Shown here: positions 1 to 12,191 of the stretch, one piece after another
Position numbering within the stretch: position 1 is the stretch's first letter
Layout: each line of letters opens with the position of its first letter
Assembly (NCBI RefSeq): GCF_000143415.4
Contig: NW_003314296.1
Coordinates: 973,645 to 1,037,644 of the forward strand
Direction of reading: 5' to 3'
From: Selaginella moellendorffii
Taxonomy: Eukaryota > Plantae > Lycopodiophyta
Length of the DNA: 64,000 bases
Program-made: the position numbers and the translations under genes
The notes under the pieces: model-generated
Database searches by the model: none
What the model saw: the letters and a program-made list of their open reading frames with translations, nothing else
Told to the model about the DNA's origin: nothing

Positions 1-494
1 ATACAGTCGGGGTGCTCAGGCCGGCACTGCGCAAACTGCAACAGCTTCAGCGACTGCAAACTGTCCGTGTAGATATTCAGCTTGTTGGACTGCCAGTAAC
101 CTCGAGCCCTGTACAGCTGCACCGCCGCGATGGAGTCGTGTATTGCAAGAAGCTCCATGTTGAGCGAAGACACGATGAGGCTGTCGACGATAGGGTTGCA
201 CCAGCCGTTCTCCTGCGGGACTTGCACCGCCATGCCCGTCCCTTTGTGGGACTCCTCTGCCGACAGGAAGTAGACGCCGTACCCTGCCGAGAGCGACTCT
301 TTATCGAAGGATCCATCAGTGAATACATTCCAAGGAGAAGATGCTTTTATTTCATCAAGTCCTCGCTCACGAGTACAAATGGTAATGGCCCATTTCTGCC
401 ATGGCTTTCCTAATCTGACTCCTACACCACCAAACACCTTCTTGTTTGCGATGGACACTTCATCCTCGCCAGCTTTGCACTTGAGAGCCATCAT
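1..494 (-). CDS. Stand-alone RNase H (RNase HI-like), copy 1; 3' end runs off the window
   Basis: Near-identical to 12192-12929: same ATGATG start, FTDGS, ELLAI and YTDS codons, plus a 9-nt in-frame deletion. No stop before the window edge. Confidence 0.75.
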   Translation of the reverse strand, partial: MMALKCKAGEDEVSIANKKVFGGVGVRLGKPWQKWAITICTRERGLDEIKASSPWNVFTDGSFDKESLSAGYGVYFLSAEESHKGTGMAVQVPQENGWCNPIVDSLIVSSLNMELLAIHDSIAAVQLYRARGYWQSNKLNIYTDSLQSLKLLQFAQCRPEHPDC

Positions 495-822
495 CTTGTG
501 CGTCTCGGAAGATTACCCTAAGTTTCGAGGCCTCAATTTCCAAATGTATAGATGGCTTTGGTCGTACGAAAACATTTTCGTACTAGGTAGATGCGAACTC
601 GCCACCCTGGAGAAACAGATAAAAGAAAAGCATGCAATTGTCCAGCAAGATGAATTGATCGACTAGCCAACTATGACTGCAACAGCAATGAAAAAGTGAA
701 AGAGGCATTTTCTTCACTGGATGAAAGCCTTCCACTGTAGTGTCCCTTTCCGCAGCCTCTCGGGAACAGCCTGAGACCACTGTATGAGATTGGGGAGGGG
801 ACCTGTGAAAGCCATCTTGTTA
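1..822. repeat. Segmental duplication, copy 1 (RNase H gene plus ~330 nt upstream), paired with ~12427-13292
   Basis: Direct nucleotide similarity through to ...gtgaaagccatcttgtta, after which the copies diverge. Confidence 0.9.
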
Positions 823-1177
823 CGAAATGATCTATAGATGAGAGAGATTGCTCACCTGTTTGATCCAGCAGCTGCACTCTAGCTCCCGTGAATCAACTGG
901 GTGAATCCCTGGGCACCTCGAGAATCGCAATGGCATTGTAGAAGCTCATCAGCCTCCAAATCCCATTGCTCCACCGAGAAATCTCTCTCCCTTTTCGACG
1001 AGGACGCGAGGACGCAACATGGGCTGCTATCGCAATACAAGTGGATTAGACCTAACGAGAAGATATAATTCCAACCAATGGATAGTCACTTAAAGTTTAA
1101 GGCTTCGTCTTGTTTTGCTTCGAGATGTTGGCTGGGCTGCGCGTTTGCCTCACCTTTTTGTTTCCTGACAGTTTCAT

Positions 1178-1420
1178 GTGTGGAGCTACCTGACGAGTGT
1201 GTCTGCTGGATCTTGGTGTGGCTCCCCATTCCAGACCTTGTCTACTGCAAGGTTGTATGCAAGTGCTGGAAGTCACTCATTGAGGATGCCACTCACTGGA
1301 GAAGCTTGCCCCAGTTGCATGAGTTTGGAAGCTACTCACCAAACAAAATCTGTTGCGTAAGTGTGGCCCTAACGGCTTGGTCAGCTGGCATGTCCTGTGT
1401 CCTGAGATGTTGGACTACCA
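1178..1420 (+). pseudogene. F-box protein fragment, truncated by the copia relic
   Basis: VELPDECVCWILVWLPIPDLVYCKVVCKCWKSLI matches the F-box pattern LP..(I/V)...IL..LP..DL.....VCK.W..LI. Confidence 0.6.
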
Positions 1421-3810
1421 GGGTGCCACCTTCAACCAACTCATGCACATAGTGAAGTTGGACTTAACGTGCTTGAGTGAGCATGGTGGACGGGGTTCTT
1501 GGACATGGCAATGCTGCTTCAGTTATTGCACCAAGAAGTAGTGGGGCCAGCTTGTGCACATCCCAGCTCAACAAGTAACCCCCAGGCCCAGACCACATCC
1601 CTGCTACCAGTAGTGAGTGTGACGTACTCTACTTCTGCACTAGAAAGTGCCACCACAGATTGTTGTTTGGAGGCCCATGTGATGGGCACCTCCTGAGAAG
1701 GAAAAGCAAATGCCAGAAGTCGAGTGATGGCCTTTGTTGTTGGCAAAGCTAGCATCTGTGTAGCATGTCAATAATGCATTATCCCCTGAATAAGCAATGC
1801 TGCACTTCATAGTGCCCCGGAGGTATCTGACAATACACTTGGTAGCTTGCCAATGTATGGTGGTTGGCAATGTGTTGTAGTGACTCAAGGCAATAGTCAC
1901 ATATGTGATAAGTCATCAGGGCCAAATATATGGGACTCCCTATTGGCATCTCATTAGTTGCCTCAGGCTCACTAGACTGCTCAACTGTGAGATTGATAGC
2001 ACCAACAACCATTGGGGTCTTGATGGGGTGGCAATCATGCATACCAAACCAATCCAACAAGACTTTGACCTTACGTCATTGGTTAAGCATATAGCCACCA
2101 AGCTCAGGATTGCATATGACCTCAAAGCCAAGAAAGTAAGAGTCTTGGCCAAGGTCCTTCATCTGGAATTGCTGGTTGAGAGCAGCTTTTAGAGCAGTAA
2201 TGGCATTGGTGTTATCACCCATGATGAGCAAATCATCAATGTAGAGGGCCAATAAGCATGCTCTCAGCATGATCATTCACATACACATTGTGATTAGCAT
2301 GGTAGCAATGAAAGCCTTGAGCACGTAGGGTGGCATAAAAATTTTCATACTAAACACAAGAAGCTATACAAAGCTTTCCATAATTGCTATATAGTGCCAC
2401 TAGAGGCAACATCATCCTCAAAACCAGGAGGTATATACATGTAGATGTCCTCTTGCAAATCCCTATTTAGGAATGCTGTTTTGACATCCATATGGTGGAC
2501 TTGCCATTTGTGAGCAATTGCAAGTGCAAAAAGGGTACGGAGGCTGGCCATTTTTACAATTGATGAGAATGTTTCATCATAGTCAAAGCTATATTCTTGG
2601 CAAAATCTGCAAACAACAAACCATACCTTATAAAATACCACCTGACTATCTTTCCCATACTTTTTGGAAAAAATCCATTTTGGATCCAAAACACATCGTC
2701 CCGATAGTGCTGAATCCACTAGAAACAAGTGTCATTAATCTGAATGGAAGCAACTTCTTCCTCAATGGCTTCCATCCAAGATGGAGCCTCAGGTCCTGAG
2801 ACAACCTCATCATAGGTCATGGGGATGCCAACATCAACAAGGCTACAAAACTCATTAAGCTTTGCAGCATCTTCTTCAACATTTTCTGGGACTTTCAACG
2901 AGGGCTAATGTTCCTGGGGGTGATCAAGAATTGGCATTGGATCAAGCATGCGACAATGTTGACAAGGTGGTGGAGGTGTCAGAGGCCTATCCTTGATTGG
3001 AGGAGAGCGTCAGTTGATTCAAGCATGTCTAGAATGGAGGATTCCCTAGTGAAATCTCTAGTGGCAACGATCTAAAGGCAGAGGCAAAAGTGGATCATTT
3101 CCCATAAGTGGGATCAAAGGAACAAAGTCAAGTCTTAGCAATGAAAGAAAGATTTTGAAAAGCCTTTATATGCATGGGAAAGTCATTTTTGTTGAACATG
3201 ATGTCCATGCTTCCTTGTGAGATGCAAGATCCCATAGCTTGTAAGCTTTTTTCCTGATGGTGTCATTCTATGCATATCCCATAAAGTTGAATTTTTTTTA
3301 CTTTTAGGATCTAGCTTTTTCTGAATTTGATTAGAGGTATGCATGTATGCTGCACAACTGAAGATCTGAAAGTGGGACACATCAAGAGTATAATTTGTCC
3401 AAAATGCTTCAATGATTTTTCCATCCAAAACAGCTGTGCAAAACGATTTTGGACATGCATTATTGTGGCTATGGCCTCTTGCCAAAATGACTTGTCAAGA
3501 TGTGTATCAACTAACAAAGCACAAGCAACATTGATAAAAGTGTGAATCCTTCCTTTCTGCAACACCATTTTGCTAAGGGGTGTAATAGGCTGTGGCTTGT
3601 AGTTGTATGCTTACATCATGACAGATGTCCCAAAGCTCATTGTTGAGGTATTTACCACCACTATCAACTCAAAGAGCTTTTATCTTTTGGCCAAGGAGGT
3701 TTTCAACATAGGCCTTATATGTTGAAATGTAGCAACTACATCACTCTTGTGCATCAAGAAGTGGATGTATGTCTGATGGCTATAGTCATCAATGAATGTG
3801 ATGAAATTGT
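1420..3810 (-). mobile_element. Degenerate Ty1/copia pol (integrase, RT, RNase H)
   Basis: Motifs KWIFSKK, DYDETFS, HHMDVKTAFLN, LYIDDLL, YTDASFA, KQQSVVALSSAEVEY and SFWQEAIAT appear in copia order (INT-RT-RH), with many stops and frameshifts. Confidence 0.9.
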
Positions 3811-4449
3811 GAGGATGTAGTACATCTGAGATCACCATATTGCTAAGACATATGGTGACACATAGTGGATCTGGAGAGTCACAACTCTCACCTATATATA
3901 TATATAGTGATAATGATATATGAGCAATAGAGTTTTTCTCTTCTTCCTTGGTATCGGAGGTCAGGGATTAAATCCTGGGCTGAATGGAGGAGGAAGAGGA
4001 GGAAGACAATAAGCCCCTTGATCTGGAGCGGCTGTGAATTGCAAATATCAAGATGGAGGTTTTCTTGTTTATTTTGTCTTATGCAAGCAACCCTAAAATA
4101 GAGGTGGTTCTTGATCAAGACTTGGATTTGAATTGGAAGGGTTGCAGCATTGCTTGCTACCACTAGAGATAATCTGATGCCCCTATTGCTACAAGGGAAG
4201 GCTTCCTTGGGCTGGAGATTTGCTGATGCTGCCAAGAGACTTCTCTTCTTGCTGGGCACTAGACGTGGAATTGCTGTGTACAAGAGCCTTAAAGCTGATG
4301 GAGAGATCACATTTGAGTGGAAGATATGGGCATGATATCTACATTAGCATGGAACAATATTAGCAGCTGTATGCTAGTACCTCAAACAAGAATAAAAATT
4401 CTAGGAATAAACAAAGTGATCATAAACAAAGGGTGGAAAGAAGGTTCTG

Positions 4450-7150
4450 CCCTAGAGGCTCACAAGCAATGGTTAACAAAATCCTAGGCCCTCTATTCCT
4501 CCTTCTGGTGGGTACAAGCAATAGCAACCTATGAAACCTACTCCTAGCAGAATAGGTAGTATGAGTCATTGCTTACATTGTGAAGAGTTAGAACATAGGT
4601 CCTCGAAATGTCCCAACAAGCATAAGACAAGGTCTTGTGTTAATATCATGAGGGAAGACGATGGTGGTGAAACTGAAGGGGTTGATGAGTTGGTCAATGC
4701 AGATTATGAGGAAGAGGAGGTGAATTACTTTTGTTACTTTCCTCAAACTTTTCTCGCAGTCAATGCAAACACTGATCCGTTAATGTATCTAGTAGGCTTT
4801 GTCCGCAGACACTAAATTCGAGTGATGATTGACACGGGAGCTACACACAACATGATATCTGAAGACATAGTTAAGTTGTTAGAATTGAATGCTGAGCAAA
4901 TGTCGTAGGTACACTTCTAGTTTGCAAAAGGTGGGCAAGTAGCTAAACAATTTGTGAATGATGTTCCAATAAAAATATCCAAGTGGAAAGAAAGAGTGAA
5001 CTTGGTAATGTTGAAAATACCAGATATTCAAATGGTGTTTGGTATAGACTTCTTCAACAAATATATTAAAGGGATTTATGGTGCTGGACAAAGTTGCATC
5101 ACTTTGAAGTTAAAAGGACATCCTTATGTGTTCTTCCAATTGCAAAAGTGCTCCTCAAAGGATTGGGATGTTAGGTTTTTTACTGTAAGAGGCACTCAGA
5201 AAGTAGCTAAGAAGGGATGTCAGACTTTTTGGGTTCAAGTGATGGAATTTGAGGGTGATGGTGACTTAATTCAAATCAGTGATGGGGTTGATTATGTACC
5301 AAAGAAGACATTGGAGTTGTTGGCAAAGAATCATGATATCTTTCCAAAGGATTTGCCACTAAAACTACCTCTTAGCCATGAGGTTAATCATTGGATTAAG
5401 GTCACTTTAGGTTCTAAACCACCTACAAAACCTTTGTATTGTTTGAACATCAAAGAAATGGCTAAACTCAGAAAGCAACTCATGGAGCTTCTTAACAAAG
5501 GTCATATCTAACCAAACAAGTCATCTTATAGAGCGCTGATCCTTTTTGTTATGAAAAAGGATATATATTAATTATCAAGCACTCAACAAGATCACAGTTA
5601 AAAACTATTATCCTTTACTTCACATTGATGACTTGTTTAACCAACTTTTAAGGCTTTTAAGACTTGATATGAATCTTATGAGTTCCTTGTTATACCATTT
5701 GGGTTATGCAATGTTCTAGCAACATTCAACACAATGATGGATAGAATATTTGGAGATTATTTGGACACGTTTGTTGTTTTATATATCAACAATGTTCTAG
5801 TCTTTAGTGAAATGTTGGAGGATCATTCGAAACACTTGGAGCTAGTGTTTTAGAAATTGTATGAACATAAACTATATGCTAAAGAAAGTAAATATGCTTT
5901 TAGACAATTACATATAAACTTTCTTGGACATATAGTTAGTGGTGGTGTAATTAAGGGGATTCAAAGAAGGTGGAAGCGGTGAAATCCTGGGAAGTCCTGA
6001 CTACTGTATCAGATGTTCATTCTTTTCTCGGTTTGGCGGGATACTATTGCAAATTTGTCCACAATTTTGCAAGAATTGCTCTTCCGTTGACTGAGTTAAT
6101 GAAGAGTAGTGTACCATTTCATTGGACACTAGCTTGTCAGTGTGCTTTTGTACAGTTGAAGGAAATTTTGACTATGATTCCTATTTTTAGGATCTTAGAT
6201 TTTGTTAAACCCTTCAAAGTGAATTGTGATGCACTTGGCTATGCTATTGGTGTTGTGTTGCAGCAAAATTGTGACAAAATGGTTGATATTATGCTAAGGC
6301 GACATGGTTATCCTATTGCATTCTATTCCAAGAAATTGGATGAAACTCAACGAAGATGGCCAACACATGAGAAAGAGATGTTTACTATAGTGTCAACGTT
6401 GGAACACTAACGACATTATTTTGGTGGACATACCAAGGTTTATACAGATAATAACACACTGAGCTACTTTTCTACATAACCTAAATTTATGCTAAAGCAA
6501 GCTCATTGGCAAGAGAAGCTTGCTAGATTTGAGCTTCTTCCTTTGGTTAGCAAAAAAGTTATAGGATCTTGCTTTTTGCCTCAGCTTTAGGCAATATTGG
6601 CAATTAATACAGACTGGTTGGAGGATGTTTGGGCTTCTTATGATAGTGATCCATTGGCGAAGGCAATCTTGCACTATGTGGAATTGTCAAAGCAAAACCT
6701 TGGTAGTGAAGCGAAGAAAGTTGCTAATCAAACTAATGTGAAGCTTCACTACTCAGTTCAGGATGGGCTTATATTCTATAAGAAAAAAAGATTATATCTT
6801 CCCTTTAAGGATTTGTAGTAGTTGTTTCTGTGGGAACATTATGATGTTCTAGCAGTAGGACATGGTGGAAAACGCAAGACTCTTGTTTTATTGGAAAAGG
6901 GATTTTTCTGGTCTAGTATAGAAGGTGATGTAGCGAACTATGTCCATTCCTGCCCTATATGCCAACAATGTAAGCACATAATTGAGAAGCAGGCTGGAAA
7001 GTTGTAATGCATTTCAGCACTAGCATAGCCATTTCAGAGTGTGGCACTTGATTTCATCACTTGCTTGCCAAAGTCTAAAGGTTATGATATTTTGATAGTG
7101 GTTGTGGATCGGTTGTCGAAGATTGCACACATCATTCCAGGCTAGGTGCC
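4450..7150 (+). mobile_element. Degenerate Ty3/gypsy gag-pol, 3'-truncated within integrase
   Basis: Zinc knuckle CLHCEELEHRSSKC, protease IDTGATHN, RT remnants, RNase H (FLGLAGYY, NCDALGYAIG, WPTHEKE), and integrase HHCC (HYDVLAVGHGG...CPICQQC). Confidence 0.9.
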
Positions 7151-7244
7151 TTGCTTGTTAACACCCATGCATGGTATACTAGCATATTGTGGGTTGTGGC
7201 ACTGTGTGGGGCAGGGCATGGTGGCTACAATGTTGTGTAGGGTG

Positions 7245-7830
7245 TGCCGCACATGATCATAGAATGAGATTTAGATATATTTTCATTGTGAATCTTTGGA
7301 ACTTTGAAGGATAAATGTGAATAAAATAACCACTAAAAGCTCTTTTATCAAGTAATTGCTTATTTTTCGGTTGCCTTAAGGAGAGCTATTAATTTAGGAA
7401 TCAAACTCATGCCATTTATTCCGATACTATATGTAATGCACTTTATTTCTCCCCCCTTTTCAAAGATGTTAATGGCCTCATTAACTATTGATTAACAACT
7501 TTTATTAAAATAAGGGGAATTAACATCTTTATTTCTATACTAAATCTACCAATCCATCTATACTATAATCCTATGGTGGATACCTTCATCTGTGGTCCAC
7601 AAGAGGAAAGATGTACACATAGATGCCCAATATATACAACTTGAGTAGGAATATACCTTACTTAAAAGTATATTATATTTTAACTAATCGGGGGGTTATG
7701 TGATCAATTTAGATATATTATTACTGTAAAACCTTAGAACCAAATGGGATAAAATAGCTATTAAAGGTTTTCTCATCAATTGCCCTTTTTTTTACCCTTT
7801 TTCCAATTGGTTTAAGGGGAGTGTAGCATA
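7245..7830. mobile_element. Degenerate copies of the TRIM-like small LTR family, in both orientations
   Basis: 7247-7385 (+), 7432-7690 (-) and 7698-7828 (+) resemble the element at 17354-18136 (GGATAAA...CACTAAAGGCTCT..CATCAAG.AATTGCCC..TTAAGGGGAG). Confidence 0.65.
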
Positions 7831-8049
7831 CTTGAATTTAGAGTTGAACTTTAAGCTTGTTGCACTACGAAACGAGGGTCCAGTACAATCCCATGAGCAC
7901 TAACTCCTCATATCTAACACTTGCATGCAAAATGGTGTTAAATAGTGTCTGGCATAATTTTAGTATACCAATAGCCTAACACAAAGAGAAGGGTACCCCA
8001 CCGACTAAAGTTATATGGAGTTTAGGCTTAAATCTAAGATGGATGTAGA

Positions 8050-8500
8050 ACAAGAAGCCACACAAGCCAAACTAATGTCTTAGATGGTTAGACATGCATT
8101 GTAACCACTATAATTACTATATATTTATCCTCCTCCCACCCTCCCTTGAGGAACACATGTTTTGGGCTTTCACCCCAAGCCTCCCTTAGTATCAGGAATT
8201 AGTCTTTGGACAAGCTTGAAACTTATTAAATATGAATATTCTTAAATTGAGCATTTGGACATGGGATGAACACCATTGTGTTCAAGACAATCTCTTCATT
8301 TTATAAATATGCCAAATGAGCAAATCTAAACAATTTTCATAAATAGCAATTGAGACTAAAATGAGACTAACACAAAAAGCATGATAACGAGGGTGTTTGG
8401 CAAACATAGTAAGCTATCATTAGGCGATATTGAGGGACTAGTCTTAATATGCAAGGGTTCTTGCCAAGCTAGTGCAAAATAGAGCAAAAGAGAACTAAAA
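8050..8500 (-). mobile_element. Degenerate chromovirus-family LTR fragment, related to ~19780-20340 and to the LTRs at 39971-41530 and 44086-45234
   Basis: TTGGGCTTTCACCCC..TTAGTAT is the reverse complement of the LTR motif ATACTAA..GGGGTGAAAGCCCAAAG. Confidence 0.45.
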
Positions 8501-9319
8501 GCTCAGGTAGAAATACATAAAAGTCCCTACCTTATGTTTATTTGGCTAAGTAAAGATGCTAAACCTAGTTTACTAATACTTGGACAAGAGGGGCTAATGA
8601 TGGGAACTAGCAGTACCGATATCTTGCCGTCATGGTAGTAAAGAAAGAGTGTCTATAAGAACTGGCTGATAAGTATCTTTCAATACTTGAATTCACATTC
8701 ACAACACTCTCCCCCCCTTAGGGAAGATTGATGTTTTCGGTGATGCATACTTGAGTTTAGTAAACTGTTAAGGAAACAACTTTGAAAGTTAACAGAAAAC
8801 ACATTATATGGGAAACACACCAACTTAAATAAGTTATGGAATTACTTCTCCTTTACGTCCAAAGACGTTAAAACTTAGACACCGTTCGGTTGTCATCGAA
8901 AAGAAAATGACTAACAGAGTTAGCCACCCTTTTTGCTTTAACTACCACTTAGCTTACAAAAGAATGATACATCCCTGCCTGCAAGGACATAGGGAAAGGG
9001 CTAGAGGCCCAACTTCCTTTGAGCAAGAAATCAACCCCATCAGAAAGATTTAGACAGCTATTATAAATTGGTAGATTAAATTGTTTATATGACCATGCCC
9101 CTTTTCAATAATGAGTCAACAAGAGAGAGGCAAGGACTTGTGATCAGTCTATAATAATTATCCCCATGGTTATAGATTGAACTCATGCACTGAAGTGCCA
9201 AAGTTAACTTACCAAAACTGACCCAAGTACTACAAACAAACTTTGATTTATAGAATAACATTACTTTATTGATTTGCAAGATTTATTACAAGATTTATAA
9301 AGTTATTCTTTATGACGAT

Positions 9320-10265
9320 TCTCATACTCCATGACAAGCTCATGAGCATGTGTAAAATTCTTAAGAGGCTCCCAAGTTGATTCACAAGTTAGGTAACCTT
9401 TCTATTTAACTAGATACTTTTGACATTTAGAACGTTGAGTCCAATAATTATCCAAAATAACTTTAGCTTCATACTCAAGTTCACCATCAATGAGCGTTGG
9501 TGGAGGACGAATGTCCATAGAGTGTTCCCTAGCAGTGTGATATGGTGCTAGTAAACTAACATAAAACACATTATGTATATAGGACAATTCATCGGGAAGA
9601 TAAAACTTATAGAATACATCACCAACTCGCCTCAACACCCAATAGGGTCCAACATATCTTGGTAATAGCTTCCGAGACAATGAGCCTTTGACATTTAAGT
9701 TCTAGGAAGATAGCCACACCTGATCTCCTATTTGATAGGATACATCCCAATGATGTTGATCCTTATCATGTTGATACCTATCTTGAGCTTTGCTTATTGC
9801 CTCAATAGCTCTAAACCAACCTTGGCATAGCTGCTCCGCATAAGTCTCAATGGCCAAGACTAACACTTCGGACATTGGTTTCGGTACAACAATCTATTAA
9901 GGCACCCCATGAGCATTCCCTTGCAGCATCTCCTATGAAGAACAACTAATAGCACTATGAAATGTGTTGTTATAAAAACTTTCTGTTGTATCTAAATGCT
10001 CAACCTACTTGCATTAGTCCGCCGGGATATAGTTATGTAGATAATCCTCAGCTTGAGCATTCACACGTTCCATTTGCCCATCAATTTGAGGATAATAAGC
10101 CGTATTAAACTTCAACTTGGTACCGAGCAACTAGAATAATGTGCCCCAAAACTTCCCTATAAATCTTGAATCTCTATCTGAGATCATCTCTTTGGGAAGA
10201 CCATAAACCCACACTACTTCATGGAAAAAAAACTTTGTTACTTGCTTCACATTCACTATTTCCAT
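9320..10265 (-). mobile_element. Chromovirus integrase C-terminal half plus chromodomain (degenerate, no introns)
   Basis: GLPKEMISDRDSRF, AYYPQIDGQMERVN, RKLLPRYVGPY, HNVFYVSLL, EYEAKVILD..YLVK*KGY..STWEP. Confidence 0.9.
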
Positions 10266-10696
10266 GCTGGCTAGGCTAGGACCATAGGGCACAAGGGCCA
10301 CAACATCATGCCCTGCACGGTACACTGTCCCGGCCCGACACGGGCTGGGCACTCAGCTGCACCTATTATACTAGCAAACTAGCCTGACATGGGCCAGGCA
10401 CCTCCAGAGAGGGAAATCCAGGCAAGGATTAGACTCGGTTTAGCTACCTTCTTACTCTGACTAGTACTTACTGGTTCTATACAGGCATTTGTGATGCCTA
10501 TAGGGAGGACCCTGCTAATTCTTGTTACACATTCAACATAAGAGAAGTGTATTATGCTGTGAGACTTACCGACATTTTGTATGCAGCATCTTTTTCTTAG
10601 TGTCACGGAGCCTTCTCAATGATTCAAACCTCTAGGCATTAAAGATGAATCATAATTTAGAGTATATCTGTAACTTTTTGCTTCTCTTTTTTCCTA

Positions 10697-11590
10697 GAGG
10701 GCCAAAGTGATGAGCAAGCTTGAGACAATGGGAACTGAAGATCAGGAGCAGCTATACCCAGAGCTACTGTTGGGATTCAAAGACCTTTCAAAGCAACTTC
10801 AGGTGACGTTTCCCTTGAGTTGAATTTCTGTTACAATCGTTTTTAGGCTGACATGTGTCAGAAGGCAGCTGCAAGACGAGGCAATCTCTTCAGATACGAA
10901 CAGGCTACAGGCTACTGAAAGTAACATGAAGCTGGTGAGCTTTGGATGCCACAGTGCCTTGCATCTTAGCTCTCCCATTTTTTCACAGTTGCAAAGACAT
11001 TTCCAGGTCATCACAGCACCTTGGCTCCAAAGGTTAAGACCCAAGGAGCAGCTGCTGCAACGGAAGATGTTAAAGGTCTGTTTAGTTTTTCCACAAGTGT
11101 GGGGGTTTTCTAACTTGTTTTCCTTTTCCCAGCTTACGAGGATAATCAAAATGCTTGAAGCGAAGGGCCTTTGACAAGGTCTGATGCCTTTGACAAGGTC
11201 TGAAACACTTATGGATGGGAGAAAAGTTACGAACTCTGGCAGGACAAGTCTTTCTTTGATACGACGTAGGAGCTTAAGAGTGCCTTTTACCTTCTCAGCT
11301 CCAGCCAACGACAGAGCTTCCAAGGAAAGTGAACTCAGTCTTGTCGATTTCACACCTGCGCACAGGCATAGGAAATGCGTCATTTCTACCAGGCCAACTC
11401 GACGAGCAAAGCTTGACTGACATTCAAGAGGTGCAGCCTTTTGTTTCCAATGGTAGCTCTCCATTCTTATCGGGATGTGTTTGTATTCCAGGTTCTACAC
11501 AAGCAAACTGAAGCTATATCATGTCTCGCTGGTGTGCTCAAGGAGAGACATCGAGATTATAACCAAGGATGAAGGTCGCTTAATGGGCAT
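10697..11590 (+). pseudogene. NUP54: Nucleoporin NUP54 C-terminal part with introns, disrupted
   Basis: Exons MSKLETM..QLYPELLLGFKDLS, LQDEAISSDTNRLQ, LQRHFQ..RLRPKEQLLQRKML and LPGQLDEQSLTDIQE match plant NUP54 as recalled. In-frame TGA at 11172 and no 5' exons seen. Confidence 0.7.
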
Positions 11591-11749
11591 CGACTTAAGC
11601 AGAGCCAAGGTGGACTTTGCTTCCTCCAATAGGTATTTTTGAGAGCTTGTACCGTAATTTCTGGATCCCGAGCCCGAGTATTTTTGTAACGATATCTTTC
11701 GCTCTTCGTGTTAACTAAATGAAAATCTAACAAATAAATGACGTGTAAA

Positions 11750-11822
11750 GCGCTTGTAGCTCAGTGGATAGAGCTTCTGTTTCCGGAGCAGAAAGTCACA
11801 GGTTCGAACGCTGTCCAGCGCA
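11750..11822 (+). tRNA. tRNA-Arg(CCG), with one acceptor-stem and one T-stem mismatch (possibly non-functional)
   Basis: Cloverleaf: GCGCTTG/CCAGCGC, A-box TAGCTCAGTGG, anticodon arm TCTGT-TTCCGGA-GCAGA, T-loop GGTTCGAAC. Confidence 0.8.
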
Positions 11823-11885
11823 CTCATTACCTTGCGCTCTTAAATTCTAAATCTGATTCCATTCCAATCATCATTCACTGTTTAA

Positions 11886-11949
11886 GGCCTATTAGCTCAG
11901 CTGGTTGGTGCTAATAATGCCAAGGTCGCAGGTTGACCTGCATGGGCCA
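11886..11949 (+). pseudogene. tRNA-Ile(AAT) pseudogene with deletions in the D-arm and T-loop
   Basis: GGCCTATTAGCTCAGCTGGTT[del]GGTGCTAATAATGCCAAGGTCGCAGGTT[del]GACCTGCATGGGCCA followed by a T-run. The 3' end and downstream flank are repeated at ~12090-12140. Confidence 0.75.
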
Positions 11950-12191
11950 ATTATTTTTCTCGCAATTTAAAGTTACCTGTTTTCTTTCCCTTTTTTGTGA
12001 AAAGGTTACAAAACATAGTTATTAATTTATAAATAATTTACAAGCAAAACTTTGTTATTTACTAAATTGAGCTAGGATAAAATGAAAGCCGAAACCTGCA
12101 TGGGTCAAATATTTTTCTCGTAATTTAAAATTAACTGTTATTTGGTAGACATTGGTAGTTAACCTTTTGAAGAAAAAGGGAGAAAAATGTA

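Noticed and set aside
3817-4330. Possible 5' LTR and PBS (TGGTATCGGAG at 3949) for the gypsy relic
   Set aside because: No partner LTR in the window to confirm boundaries.
10799-11464. 221-aa minus-strand ORF
   Set aside because: Antisense to NUP54 exons and introns; no motif.
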